Assembly: GCA_963823665.1 (NCBI GenBank)
Contig: CAWGMQ010000008.1
Span: 96,001-160,000 of the forward strand
Direction: 5' to 3'
Length of the DNA stretch: 64,000 bases
Source of the DNA: an uncultured Planctomycetota bacterium
GTDB lineage: Bacteria > Planctomycetota > Planctomycetia > Isosphaerales > Isosphaeraceae
Below the pieces are notes generated by a model that was given only the letters and a program-made list of their open reading frames with translations, was not told the DNA's origin and ran no database searches. Below are positions 40,101 through 49,810 of the stretch, in pieces (positions within the stretch are counted from its first letter, which is position 1; the number at the start of each line of letters is the position of its first letter). Position numbers and translations under genes: made by a program.

Positions 40101-41686
40101 TTCCAGGTCGGCGAGAAACCGGCTCACCGCCAGCCAGAAATCGTCGCGCACCAGCACGATCGCCTGCACACGCTCGCCGTCGCACTGGCGCAGGGCGGCG
40201 ATCAGCTCCGAATCGTCGTCGCCGCGCCGGGCGTGCAGCCACTGCTCGAACTGGTCGATCACGAGCAGGAGCTTGCGGCCTGCGCCGAGCACGCGGCCCT
40301 TGCGCACCAACGCCAGTGAATCCACCAGGCCTGCGTCGTCGGGCAGGGCGGGGCAGGCCTTCTTCAGTCTGGTCAGGAGCCTCTGCTCCGTGTCATCGGC
40401 GGTCGCCTCGATGTGCACCGAGCGTACGTGCGCCGCCAGCCGGGGCAAGAGGCCTGCTTTCAAGAGTGATGATTTGCCGCAGCCGGATGGGCCATAGATC
40501 AGGCCGACGCGAAAGGTTTTTTCCGGGTCGATCGTCTCGATCTGCGTCTTCCAGAAGCGGATGCTTTCGGGCAGGCCGTCGCGGTTTCTGGGGCCGGGAA
40601 GCAGCTCGAGGAAGAAGTCGGCGTCGTGCTCGTCGAACGAGCGCAGACCCTTGGGCACGATCTTGATGGGGCGTTGATTTGAATCTGAGGGTACAAGCGG
40701 CGAAACCGGAGAGATCGCCTCGGGCACCGGCTCAGGCCGTGGGCGCGTCACAACTGGCGCTGCTGGCAGACCTGCTGGCACTGTCTTGACGAAATCGTGC
40801 AGGTCCTCGGCCATGTCGCGGGCCGTGGTGTAGCGATCGGCCGCCCGCTTCGCGAGGGCCTTCAGGCAGATACGCTCGAGCTCTTTGGGAATCGTGTCAT
40901 CGACCTGTCGGGGCGGGCCGGGTCTGCGCTCTTGATCTGATCGACCAGGTCGGCGATCGAGTCGGCCTTGAAGGGACGGCGGGCGGTCAGCAGCTCGTAG
41001 AACACGACGCCGAGGCTGAAGATATCGGAGCGGCCGTCGACGCGATGGCCTTCGCCTCGGGCTTGCTCGGGGCTCATGTACACCGGGGTGCCGGCCATTC
41101 CAGCGCGCTTGCCGAAATCTTCGTCCCGCAGCGCCAGCCCAAAATCCGCGACGCAAGGCTTTCCACGTTCGTCCAGCAGGATATTCGCGGGCTTGATGTC
41201 GCGATGCACAAGCCCTTTGGTATGGGCGTAGTGCAACGCATCGGCGACCGCGGCGACCAAGGCGGCCGATTCCTGAAACGGCGGCCGGCCCTGCAACATT
41301 CGCTCTTTCAGGTCGCTGCCCTGAAGGAATTTGGACACAACGTAGCACAGCCCATCCTCGGTGCGCCCGGTGTCCCACACGGGTACGATGTTCGGATGCT
41401 CGAGCTGTGCCAGGATCTTGGCTTCGGTGAGATACGATTCGAGATCTTCGGGCGCGGCGATTCGCTCGACGTTCGGCATCTTGATGGCCACGGCGCGATT
41501 CAGCTCGTTGTCATGGGCGAGATAGACTCGGCCGAAACCGCCTTTTCCGAGCAGCCTGATGACCCGGTAACGGCCGATCTTGGTCGGGTCGGTCGAGGGG
41601 AACGACTCGGGCAGGATCGAGGATATCGTTGGATCGAGTGGGTCGGATGGTTGTTGGTTTTGGTCCATCGTGGATACCGCGGACAT
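37108..41686 (-). CDS. DGR target: Ser/Thr kinase - nSTAND1-like NTPase - TM - helical region - FGE-sulfatase/CLec domain (about 1,500 aa; frameshifts near 40915, 39730 and 37490)
   Basis: GKGGFG, HRDIKPAN, DFG, GTPVYMSPE; Walker A GPSGCGKSS and Walker B LLVIDQFE; hydrophobic LALAGMIAVASAGLVL; FGE motifs RLPTEAEWE, GLFDLHGNLYEW, RGGGW, GFRLA. Confidence 0.9.
37149..37272 (-). repeat. DGR variable repeat (VR)
   Basis: Encodes GSDRVSRGGGWGDVAADCRSAHRSTGVPSYRTYVYGFRLAL; 18 differences from TR, all at TR adenines. Confidence 0.96.
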
Positions 41687-41874
41687 GGCTGGTGCGGATT
41701 GGGGCAGTTTTTACATGTGCGGGCATCGCCGTCGTACTGCGTGGCTCGGCACCAGTTTACCAGAGCGCGGCGGTGGACGCGCCGGCGCCGTGTTGTAGCG
41801 GGCACACGCCGTGTGCCGCCCGCACTTGGTTTCCGGACGAGACCCGGGTCTTCCACCGTGGCATCTCTGCGCCG

Positions 41875-42141
41875 TGCGCGCATCTCGGAGACCTGCGGTC
41901 ACGCGGCGGGGCGGGGTCGGAGACCCGCGCCCAACATTGCGACTGCGCATCTCGGAGACCTGCGGTCACGCCCTGGGGCGGGGTCGGAGACCCGCGCCGA
42001 ACACTGCGCCTGCGCGTCTCGGAGACCTGCGGTCACGCCCTGGGGCGGGGTCGGAGACCCGCGCCCAACACTGCGCCTGCGCGTCTCGGAGACCTGCGGT
42101 CACGCGCTGGGGCGGGGTCGGAGACTCGCGCTCAACATTGC
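41875..42141. repeat. Tandem array of four 67-bp REP-like units
   Basis: TCTCGGAGACCTGCGGTCACG starts at 41883, 41950, 42017 and 42084. Confidence 0.9.
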
Positions 42142-42457
42142 GTGGACGATTCAGCGTTTTCTGATGCGCGACGGTTTTGTGATGGCGGCCGCCGGAATGC
42201 ACCCCCCCCTGGCCCCCCCTTCTAAAGGGGGGAAGCTTGGCGCAACATTCGCGGCCGGAAATCTCCGCTACTTATGCTGCAAGTTTTCAACAGACCGCCC
42301 TGGCCCCCCCTTCTAAACGACGGAGCCTCGCGCAACATACGCGGGGGGAAATCACCGTTCCTTGGATTACAAGTTTTCAACATCCCACCGCCCGCCCATC
42401 CATCGCGGGATTAATTCACAGCGGTAGCCAACGCTCCGTCGCCGTGTAGAGCCAATC

Positions 42458-42479
42458 GGTCCGCAGTGGCGGACCCTAC
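42458..42479. repeat. GTAG-type REP-like hairpin
   Basis: GGTCCGC-AGTG-GCGGACC-CTAC. Confidence 0.65.
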
Positions 42480-42604
42480 ATGTGGCGTGCTTGATTCTTC
42501 GCCCGGATCGACTCGCAGGCGCTTGACCACTGTCCTTCGCGCCGTTCAAAATGCCAGCCTGGCTCGAGACGATCTGTGAATACCACGGGGGCGAGGAGCG
42601 TGCA

Positions 42605-43342
42605 ATGGGGGAGAGTGCAAAATCGGTACTGGCGCTGTTCATGATCGTCGGAATGGTCGGGAGCGTCATGGCCTGGATGATGGATGGCGCGACGTGGCAG
42701 CCCAAGGCTGGTTTCCCGGCGCTCGCGGTTGGGTCACTCGGAATCCTCCTGTGGTCCTTGACGCGGAAAGACAAGTTCCCGGATTTGCTGCGGAAGCTCT
42801 GCGGCCAGTATTTCGAACGGGACGGATTCTGCTTCGCGATCGCGCCCGCGGCGTCGAAAGGCGAGGGGCGGCTTGATATCTATTTCCAGAATCGGTTCGA
42901 GAATCCTTGCCGCGCCCAGGTTGCGATCCGGCCTTCGCAGCAGTTCTTCCTCAATCGACGGCCGATCGAGATGTTGACCATCGAGATCGAATGCGAGGGA
43001 GCGGCGTTCGGAGTCGCGCGGGTGCCGTGGGCCGTGCCGGCGAAGCATCAGGGGAAACGCCAGTCGTTCGACGTTGGTGCCCATGTCGAGTATCCCTCAG
43101 GTCGCGGCAAGATGATCCGATACCGCGACGGACTGCGCGTCGGCACGGCCAAGCGTGACATCTGGTCGGGAATCTTGACGATGTCGGGAGCCGTCGGCGG
43201 GATGGTTGTGCTCTCACAGCCGGCCAAGGTCAAGGTCGTGCTCCCCAAGGGAATCGCCGAGGACGTGGCGGAGGATGCGCCTATCAAGATCGAGACCCTG
43301 TGGCGGCCCGTAGCCGAGGCAAACACGGTCAAGACCGCGTAG
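42605..43342 (+). CDS. Hypothetical membrane protein
   Basis: Two N-terminal TM helices and a soluble beta-rich domain; GAGGAG upstream of MGESAKS. Confidence 0.7.
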   Translation: MGESAKSVLALFMIVGMVGSVMAWMMDGATWQPKAGFPALAVGSLGILLWSLTRKDKFPDLLRKLCGQYFERDGFCFAIAPAASKGEGRLDIYFQNRFENPCRAQVAIRPSQQFFLNRRPIEMLTIEIECEGAAFGVARVPWAVPAKHQGKRQSFDVGAHVEYPSGRGKMIRYRDGLRVGTAKRDIWSGILTMSGAVGGMVVLSQPAKVKVVLPKGIAEDVAEDAPIKIETLWRPVAEANTVKTA

Positions 43343-43544
43343 TTCAAGGTGCCAAGGGCTGAAGCCCGTGGCTATTAACCGAGGCCCCGTTGGGGCCATG
43401 GATAAGGCGGTCTTCCAATACCTTGAGTTTCACGCGAGTGTTTTCTAACTGCCGCTTACTTTCGAGAATCACATGCCGGTCATGTCCGTCGGTGCTCTCG
43501 CCCGAATGACAGTAGCCCACTCCGACCCACAATTGGAGCTTCCC

Positions 43545-44364
43545 ATGCCTGAATTGCCGAGACGAGACTTCATGGCGGCAACCGCGGGGCTGGCCGCAGC
43601 CGCCACTGCGGGTCTTGTGGGAGCAAAGCCGGCGGAGGCTGGCGATCCTACGTTCATGAACAATGTGCCCGACCCGTTGCTCGGCGGCGAGGAGCTGCCG
43701 ACGTTCAAGTACGAGCTGGAAAAGTCACGGGGCAAGGTGATCGGCAACAGCTCGGGCAAGGAGGCGACCGTCCTGCAATTGCCGATCTCCAAGGGGATTG
43801 CCGGCGTCTCGATGCGGCTCGAGCCGGGGGCGATGCGCGAGCTGCACTGGCACGCCACTGCGGCCGAGTGGGCGTTCGTGATCGAGGGGCGCGTGCGGAC
43901 GACGGTTATCGACCCGCGCGGCGGGGCCGAGACAAACGACTTCGACCCGGGAGACGTCTGGTACTTCCCACGCGGACACGGCCACATGCTGCAATCCCTG
44001 GGCAACGAGCCTACGCACTTCATCCTCATCTTCGACTATTGACGGCGACATCAGCGTCACGATGTTCGGCTCGCACGGGCGGTACCGAACTGAGACCCTC
44101 GCTAAAGGGGACGTCGGGTACATTCCGCAAGGTTACGGGCATTCGATTGAAAACGTGGGTGCCAAGCCGTGCCGCGTGCTGATCGGGTTCAATACTGGTG
44201 AATACGCGACGATCGACCTCTCGCAGTGGATCGCCGGTAACCCGCTGGACGTGCTGGCGACCAATTTCAGCAAGCCGGCGGGCCTTATTGAGAAGTTCCC
44301 GCATGGGGACGTGTTTGTGACGGGTAAAGATGGTCCGGGCCAAGGTAAGAATGCGCACGAGTGA
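43545..44364 (+). pseudogene. Oxalate decarboxylase-like bicupin with Tat signal, internally deleted at about 44037
   Basis: PRRDFM signal; cupin 1 MRELHWHATAAEW...GDVWYFPRGHGH; jumps out of frame to the tail of cupin 2 (GDVGYIPQGYGHSIEN); the second HWH motif is missing. Confidence 0.8.
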
Positions 44365-46055
44365 AGGCAATTTTGTTCGTCAATCGATCTGATCGCTGCA
44401 ACCCGGAAACTTTCTGGAAATCTCCTGGTCGACCGAGCGACAAATCCGGTAAGTCATCACATTTTATAGGTGCGGGAGTACGCTTGCGCAGGGGTAATGC
44501 AGCCGGCGGGGGCCGGCTCGTGGCGCCGATCGCGTTTTGAAGGCACACCCCGGGGTCAGGAAGAATTCATTGATGATCGAGGGAAGTGTTCCAGAGAATC
44601 GAGGAGTTCCCGGGGCTCGAAGCGTTCCAGGGGCTCGAAGCCCCTGGCTTTCGACCTTCGCCCCGTTGGGGCGGGAACTGGCCGGGGAGTGGCCGACAGG
44701 AGTGTCGGCCCTACGGGGACTGGCACGCCGGGGCATGAGGACTGCGGTGGATGATGGGTGCTGTTGGGGGGGTCAGAGTGGGAATGAGATTGAGATCAAG
44801 ATCGGGATCAGGATTAAGATCAGGATCGCGCTGGTTTACAGTAGTGTACGAATGCTTGAAGGCCCCCGTAATATTGCCACTTTTTGCCATTTTCTCGACG
44901 GGTTCGACGATTGCTTCGGATGGAATTTCTGCTCTGCAAGTTGAATCGGCATAATCGGATAGGAATAGAGCGAGGGCGTTCTTTGGCGATAGCAAAAGCT
45001 CATGGCATGGGTCACTGAAAATTGCCACGGCAAATCGCGGGTGTTGTTCACTATGTTTTTGGCCCTTTTTTCAGGCCACTCTTAACCGAGATTCTCGTCG
45101 GCACACGCGAGCGTAGACGGCTCAGGGCGAGACGGTCGGTTGCATAGCAAACGGTGGGAATGGGAAAGCCCCTTCGCGGAGCGAACGGCGACAATGGGTG
45201 TGTCGGAACGGGAGGCCCCTTCGCGCTGCGAAGGGCGACAATGGGTGTGGTTCGCCGTTGACCGAACCGGCTATCTCCACACGGAAATCGCGACGCGTGG
45301 CCTTTGCCGTCATTAAAGGAACGATCGCTACAATGCGGAAGTTTGGGGGTGCCAAATGACGCAGATGACGCAGATGACGGAGGGCAGCATCTGCTAAACG
45401 CGTGCTTCCACGACTGCGAGTCCGTCGTTTCAGCGTTCGTCTGACGGTTTGACCCCCTCGGCGCGTTGGAACGAGAGGGCGGAGGGCGGGGTGCGGAGGA
45501 GGGCAACATGCGGATGTCATCGCCGAACGCGCCGCGGAGCGGCCTTCGGGACGTTCCGACGCGGAGCATTGAAACGAGAGAAACCGTCCGTGCTTCAGCA
45601 ATGATCTGCGGCGGAACGCTCCGTGGCTTCGGGCGCGCGGGATATCGGTGGAGTTTGGCAAGACAAAGGCGGCTCGCTTGATCACGATCAGCGTCGAGCA
45701 GATGTAAGAGCACGTCTGCGCCACCTCTGCGCCACCACTGCGCCACCTCGCAACTCGATTCGCGGCAATGAGTTACTGCGGTTCTGCGCGTGTTCCGGTT
45801 ATTCCTGCGCCACCCTTAAGGTCAACCGCCGCAAGGGGTTGGCGCAGATGATGGGTGGCGCAGGCCCAAAGAGTTTTTTTGTTCTGATTTGCACGGCTAC
45901 AAGAACTGCTGACTCAGGAGCGGGTGGAAACAACTCCCGCCGAGGAAGCACCGCCGAGGATTCCACTTGCCGTTGACCGAAGCGGGCAGATCCATACAAT
46001 TTGGGGTCCTGCTCGCCCGAAGTGGATGGTTGCGAACAACTAATGTAAGGGAACG

Positions 46056-47525
46056 ATGGCCGAAGAGCCGCGAGACAACCTCGAAGCGGTGCGCCTGGAA
46101 AAGCTCGAGCGAATCGCCGGCCTGGGGATCGACCCGTGGGGCCAGCGTTTCGACGGGCATCAGGCCATCGCGGCGGTCCGCGCTTTACCGGTTCCCGCGG
46201 CTGAGCCGGGGAGTGAGCCCACGGGACCTGTTGTTCGGGTTGCGGGGCGGATCATGCTTCGCCGTGGTCAGGGGAAGGTCTACTTCCTCGACCTTCGCGA
46301 CTGGACTGAACACATCCAGATTTTTATCGGAAAGAAGCAAGTCGGCGACCAAGGCTGGAGCCTGGTCGAATTGCTTGACCTGGGAGACCTGATCGGAGTC
46401 GACGGCCGGCTGGGCTACACCAAGACCGGTGAGCTCACCGTCTTCGCCGAGAAGATCACGATCCTGACCAAGAGCTTGCTGCCGCCGCCGGAAAAATGGC
46501 ATGGCTTGACCGATGTCGAACAGCGCTACCGCCAGCGCTACGTCGACCTGTTCAGCAATCCCGAATCGCTCGCCACGTTCATCGCCCGCTCCAGGCTCAT
46601 CGCCTCGTTTCGCCGGACGATGGCCGAGAAGGGCTTTCTCGAAGTCGAAACGCCCACGATGCAATCGATCGCCGGCGGGGCGGCCGCGCGGCCGTTCATC
46701 ACGCATCACAATGCACTCGACCTCGATCTGTTTCTCCGGATCGCACTCGAGCTGCACTTGAAGCGGCTTCTCGTGGGCGGGATGGAGCGCGTGTTCGAGA
46801 TTGGCCGGGTGTACCGGAATGAAGGGCTGAGCCCGCGGCATAACCCCGAGTTCACCATGATGGAGGCGTACCAGGCCTACGCGAACTATGAAGTCATGAT
46901 GGAGCTGACGGAGTCGCTGATCTGCGGCGCGATCGAATCGATCGGTGGTGGGTTTCAGCGTCCGTGGGGCGAGTCGACGATTGACTTCACTCCGCCCTGG
47001 CCGCGCCGCACGTATGCCGAGCTGATCCATCAATACGCGAGCATTGATCCGGCTGATTTCGCGGCGATCAAGGCGAAGGCCGAATCTTGCGGGATTGCGA
47101 CGGCGGGCAAAGACCCCGACGTGGTCACCAGCGAGGTTTTTGAAGCGGTCGTCGAAGATCAGCTCACCGGTCCGATCTTTGTGATCGACTATCCTGCGGC
47201 GATCTGCCCGCTCACGAAGCGGAAGGCTTCAAACCCTCGAGTCGCCGAGCGATTCGAGCTTTATGTGAACGGCATTGAGCTTGCGAATGCCTACACCGAG
47301 CTGAATGACCCCAGACTGCAAGAAGAGCTGTTCGCCATGCAGCTTGCGGGGTTGCCCGAGGAGGAGTCGATGGCCAAGAAGGACGACGACTTCGTCCGGG
47401 CGCTCAAGCACGGCATGCCCCCGGCCGGCGGGCTGGGAATCGGGATCGACCGGCTGTGCATGATGTTGATGAATCGCGCGAGCATTCGCGATGTGATTCT
47501 GTTTCCGCTCTTGCGTCCTGAATAG
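46056..47525 (+). CDS. lysS: Lysine--tRNA ligase (class II)
   Basis: RYRQRYVDL, GGAAARPFITHHN, YRNEG...HNPEFT, GMPPAGGLGIGIDRL. Confidence 0.98.
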   Translation: MAEEPRDNLEAVRLEKLERIAGLGIDPWGQRFDGHQAIAAVRALPVPAAEPGSEPTGPVVRVAGRIMLRRGQGKVYFLDLRDWTEHIQIFIGKKQVGDQGWSLVELLDLGDLIGVDGRLGYTKTGELTVFAEKITILTKSLLPPPEKWHGLTDVEQRYRQRYVDLFSNPESLATFIARSRLIASFRRTMAEKGFLEVETPTMQSIAGGAAARPFITHHNALDLDLFLRIALELHLKRLLVGGMERVFEIGRVYRNEGLSPRHNPEFTMMEAYQAYANYEVMMELTESLICGAIESIGGGFQRPWGESTIDFTPPWPRRTYAELIHQYASIDPADFAAIKAKAESCGIATAGKDPDVVTSEVFEAVVEDQLTGPIFVIDYPAAICPLTKRKASNPRVAERFELYVNGIELANAYTELNDPRLQEELFAMQLAGLPEEESMAKKDDDFVRALKHGMPPAGGLGIGIDRLCMMLMNRASIRDVILFPLLRPE

Positions 47526-47558
47526 TCGAGACGGCGTTCCACGGAGGGAGAGTCGCAA

Positions 47559-48974
47559 GTGTATAAGTATTTGCTTTGCTGGCGGTATTTGAAGACACGC
47601 TATATCGCGCTGGCGAGCGTGATCAGCGTGATGCTCGGGGTTGCGACGATGATCGTCGTGAACTCGGTGATGGCGGGTTTCGCCGAGAAGATGCGCGACC
47701 GGCTGCACGGCGTGCTGGCGGACGTTGTTGTCGATTGCGTTTCACTCGACGGGTTCTACAACTCAGACGAAGTGATGGCGCGGATCAATCAAGTCGCCGG
47801 AGACGAAGTGATCGCCCTGGCGCCGACGATGGAAACGCCCGGAATCCTGCATTTCCGCTATCCCAATGGTCAGGTCATCACCAGGCCCGTCCAGCTCATC
47901 GGCGTCAAGCCACTGGACCGCGCCAAGACGGGTGACTTTGCCGAGTTTCTCTTTGACGATCGCGGGCAGAGGATCAAGCCATCGTTCGAGGTGACCAAAG
48001 AGCTCAAGATGCAATCGCCGCGCGCGGAGATACTCAAGGAGCTTGGCGATAATGACATGGACAAATTGATGGCGCAGGAAATCAAGTCGCAGATCGACGA
48101 AGATCTCCCCGACCATGGGACGATCCTCGGCTACGCGCTGGCGACGTGGCATCCCGGGCACGGCAAGGAGGACGTCTTCCTGGCTCCTCCGGGCACCAAG
48201 GTCGGGCTGCTGTTTCCGCGGGCCGGGCAGTTCAAGTCGGAGGGGGGCTTCGCGACATTCACGGTTGTCGGCTTTTTCAAGAGCGGGATGAGCGAGTACG
48301 ATTCGACACACGTGTATGTGCCGCTCGAGCGCTTGCAGGACCAGCGGCTGTTGCGCGATGTTCACGGCCGCGGTGCGGTCAATCAGATCCAGATCAAGGT
48401 GAAGCCCGGCGTCGATCTCGATCAGCTTGCCGAGAAGGTTCAGGATGCTCTGAATGAGCTCCAGCCCACGTTCTTCCGGGTTGAGACCTGGGAAAAGAAG
48501 CAAGGCCCGCTTCTGGGTGCCGTGGCGGTCGAGCAGAGCATTCTCAACATCCTCTTGTTCTTCATCATCGCCGTGGCCGGCTTCGGGATTTTGGCCATCT
48601 TCTCGATGATCGTGGTGGAGAAAACGCGGGATATCGGGGTCATGAAGGCGCTCGGCGCATCCACCGCTGGAGTGCGCGGCATCTTCCTCGGCTACGGGCT
48701 GCTGCTGGGCGCAGTTGGCAGCGGCGTGGGAATGGCGGGCGGTCTGCTGTTTGTTCGCTATATCAACGAATGTGAGAGAACGCTCAGCATCGCCATGGGC
48801 CACAAGGTTTTCGATGACACGATCTACTATTTCGACAAGATCCCGACGCTCGTGGAGCCGTTCACGGTCGGCTGGATCGTTGCCGGGGCCATGTTGATCG
48901 CGGTGCTGGCGAGTATATGGCCGGCACACCGGGCAGCGAACGTCCATCCGGTCCGATCGCTGCGTTACGAGTAG
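47559..48974 (+). CDS. lolE: Lipoprotein-releasing ABC transporter permease LolC/E
   Basis: SVMLGVATMIVVNSVMAGF; EKTRDIGVMKALGAS; PAHRAA; adjacent to lolD. Confidence 0.88.
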   Translation: MYKYLLCWRYLKTRYIALASVISVMLGVATMIVVNSVMAGFAEKMRDRLHGVLADVVVDCVSLDGFYNSDEVMARINQVAGDEVIALAPTMETPGILHFRYPNGQVITRPVQLIGVKPLDRAKTGDFAEFLFDDRGQRIKPSFEVTKELKMQSPRAEILKELGDNDMDKLMAQEIKSQIDEDLPDHGTILGYALATWHPGHGKEDVFLAPPGTKVGLLFPRAGQFKSEGGFATFTVVGFFKSGMSEYDSTHVYVPLERLQDQRLLRDVHGRGAVNQIQIKVKPGVDLDQLAEKVQDALNELQPTFFRVETWEKKQGPLLGAVAVEQSILNILLFFIIAVAGFGILAIFSMIVVEKTRDIGVMKALGASTAGVRGIFLGYGLLLGAVGSGVGMAGGLLFVRYINECERTLSIAMGHKVFDDTIYYFDKIPTLVEPFTVGWIVAGAMLIAVLASIWPAHRAANVHPVRSLRYE

Positions 48975-48990
48975 GGCCCCTCGCACTAAC

Positions 48991-49016
48991 GTCAGGCTAA
49001 AGCCTGACCTACTCAA
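48991..49016. repeat. GTAG-type REP-like hairpin (identical to 20579-20604)
   Basis: GTCAGGCTAAAGCCTGACCTACTCAA. Confidence 0.8.
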
Positions 49017-49036
49017 ACCCATGGAAGGCGAAGACG

Positions 49037-49747
49037 ATGACGGGCCAGCTCAAAGCATTTGGTCTGACCAAGAGCTACTGGAAAGGGCGGAACGAAGTTC
49101 CGGTTCTGCGCGGCGTGGATCTGGAGGTCGACCGCGGCGAAATGGTTGCCGTGGCGGGCTCGAGCGGCTCGGGCAAGAGCACGCTGCTCCACATTCTAGG
49201 GTTACTCGACGGGCCGGATTCGGGCGAGGTCTGGCTCGAAAACTCACGGATCGACAAACAGTCCGAGGCGAAGCGCGACCGGCTGCGGAACCGCGCCTTC
49301 GGGTTCATCTTCCAGTTCTATCACCTGCTTCCGGAGTTAACGGCGCTCGAGAACGTGATGATGCCGCAGTTGATTCGCCACGGCATCTTGTCGTACTGGC
49401 CAGTGCGGCGCCGGCTGCGCCGCGAAGGTCAAGAGCTGCTCGAGCGGGTGGGATTGGGCCATCGGCTGACGCATCTGCCGACCGAGCTCTCCGGCGGCGA
49501 GATGCAGCGCGCGGCGATTGCCCGTGCCCTGGCAAGCCATCCCGCGATCTTGCTGGCGGATGAGCCCACCGGAAACCTGGATGCGGGCAATGGCCAGGCT
49601 GTGATCGAGCTGCTGCGCGACTTGAACCGCGAGCGCGACCTCACTATCATTTTGGTAACGCACGATCAGCACATTGCTCAGCAGGCCGACCGGGTTGTCC
49701 GGCTTGCCGAGGGCCGAATTGAAGAATGGTGTCCCGCGCTCTCCTGA
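49037..49747 (+). CDS. lolD: Lipoprotein-releasing ABC transporter ATPase
   Basis: GSSGSGKST, FIFQFYHLLPE, LSGGEMQR, ADEPTGNLD. Confidence 0.9.
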   Translation: MTGQLKAFGLTKSYWKGRNEVPVLRGVDLEVDRGEMVAVAGSSGSGKSTLLHILGLLDGPDSGEVWLENSRIDKQSEAKRDRLRNRAFGFIFQFYHLLPELTALENVMMPQLIRHGILSYWPVRRRLRREGQELLERVGLGHRLTHLPTELSGGEMQRAAIARALASHPAILLADEPTGNLDAGNGQAVIELLRDLNRERDLTIILVTHDQHIAQQADRVVRLAEGRIEEWCPALS

Positions 49748-49810
49748 ATGCATGATCGTGGCGGTAGCAGGGCGCCGGATCCCACGTTGGGAGAGTGGAG
49801 CGCAGCCGGA

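Larger units (their letters stand above)
35342..41686 (-). mobile_element. Diversity-generating retroelement: target gene (VR) - hairpins - HRDC accessory gene - RT - TR
   Basis: TR/VR pair with adenine-only mismatches, DGR-type RT, accessory gene and CLec/FGE target, all co-oriented. Confidence 0.96.

Noticed and set aside
41875..42141. Possible CRISPR array (67-bp period)
   Set aside because: Units are near-identical along their whole length with no unique spacers, and there are no cas genes in the window
45750..46055. Lysine riboswitch or T-box upstream of lysS
   Set aside because: No recognisable conserved motifs by eye; an Rfam scan would be needed
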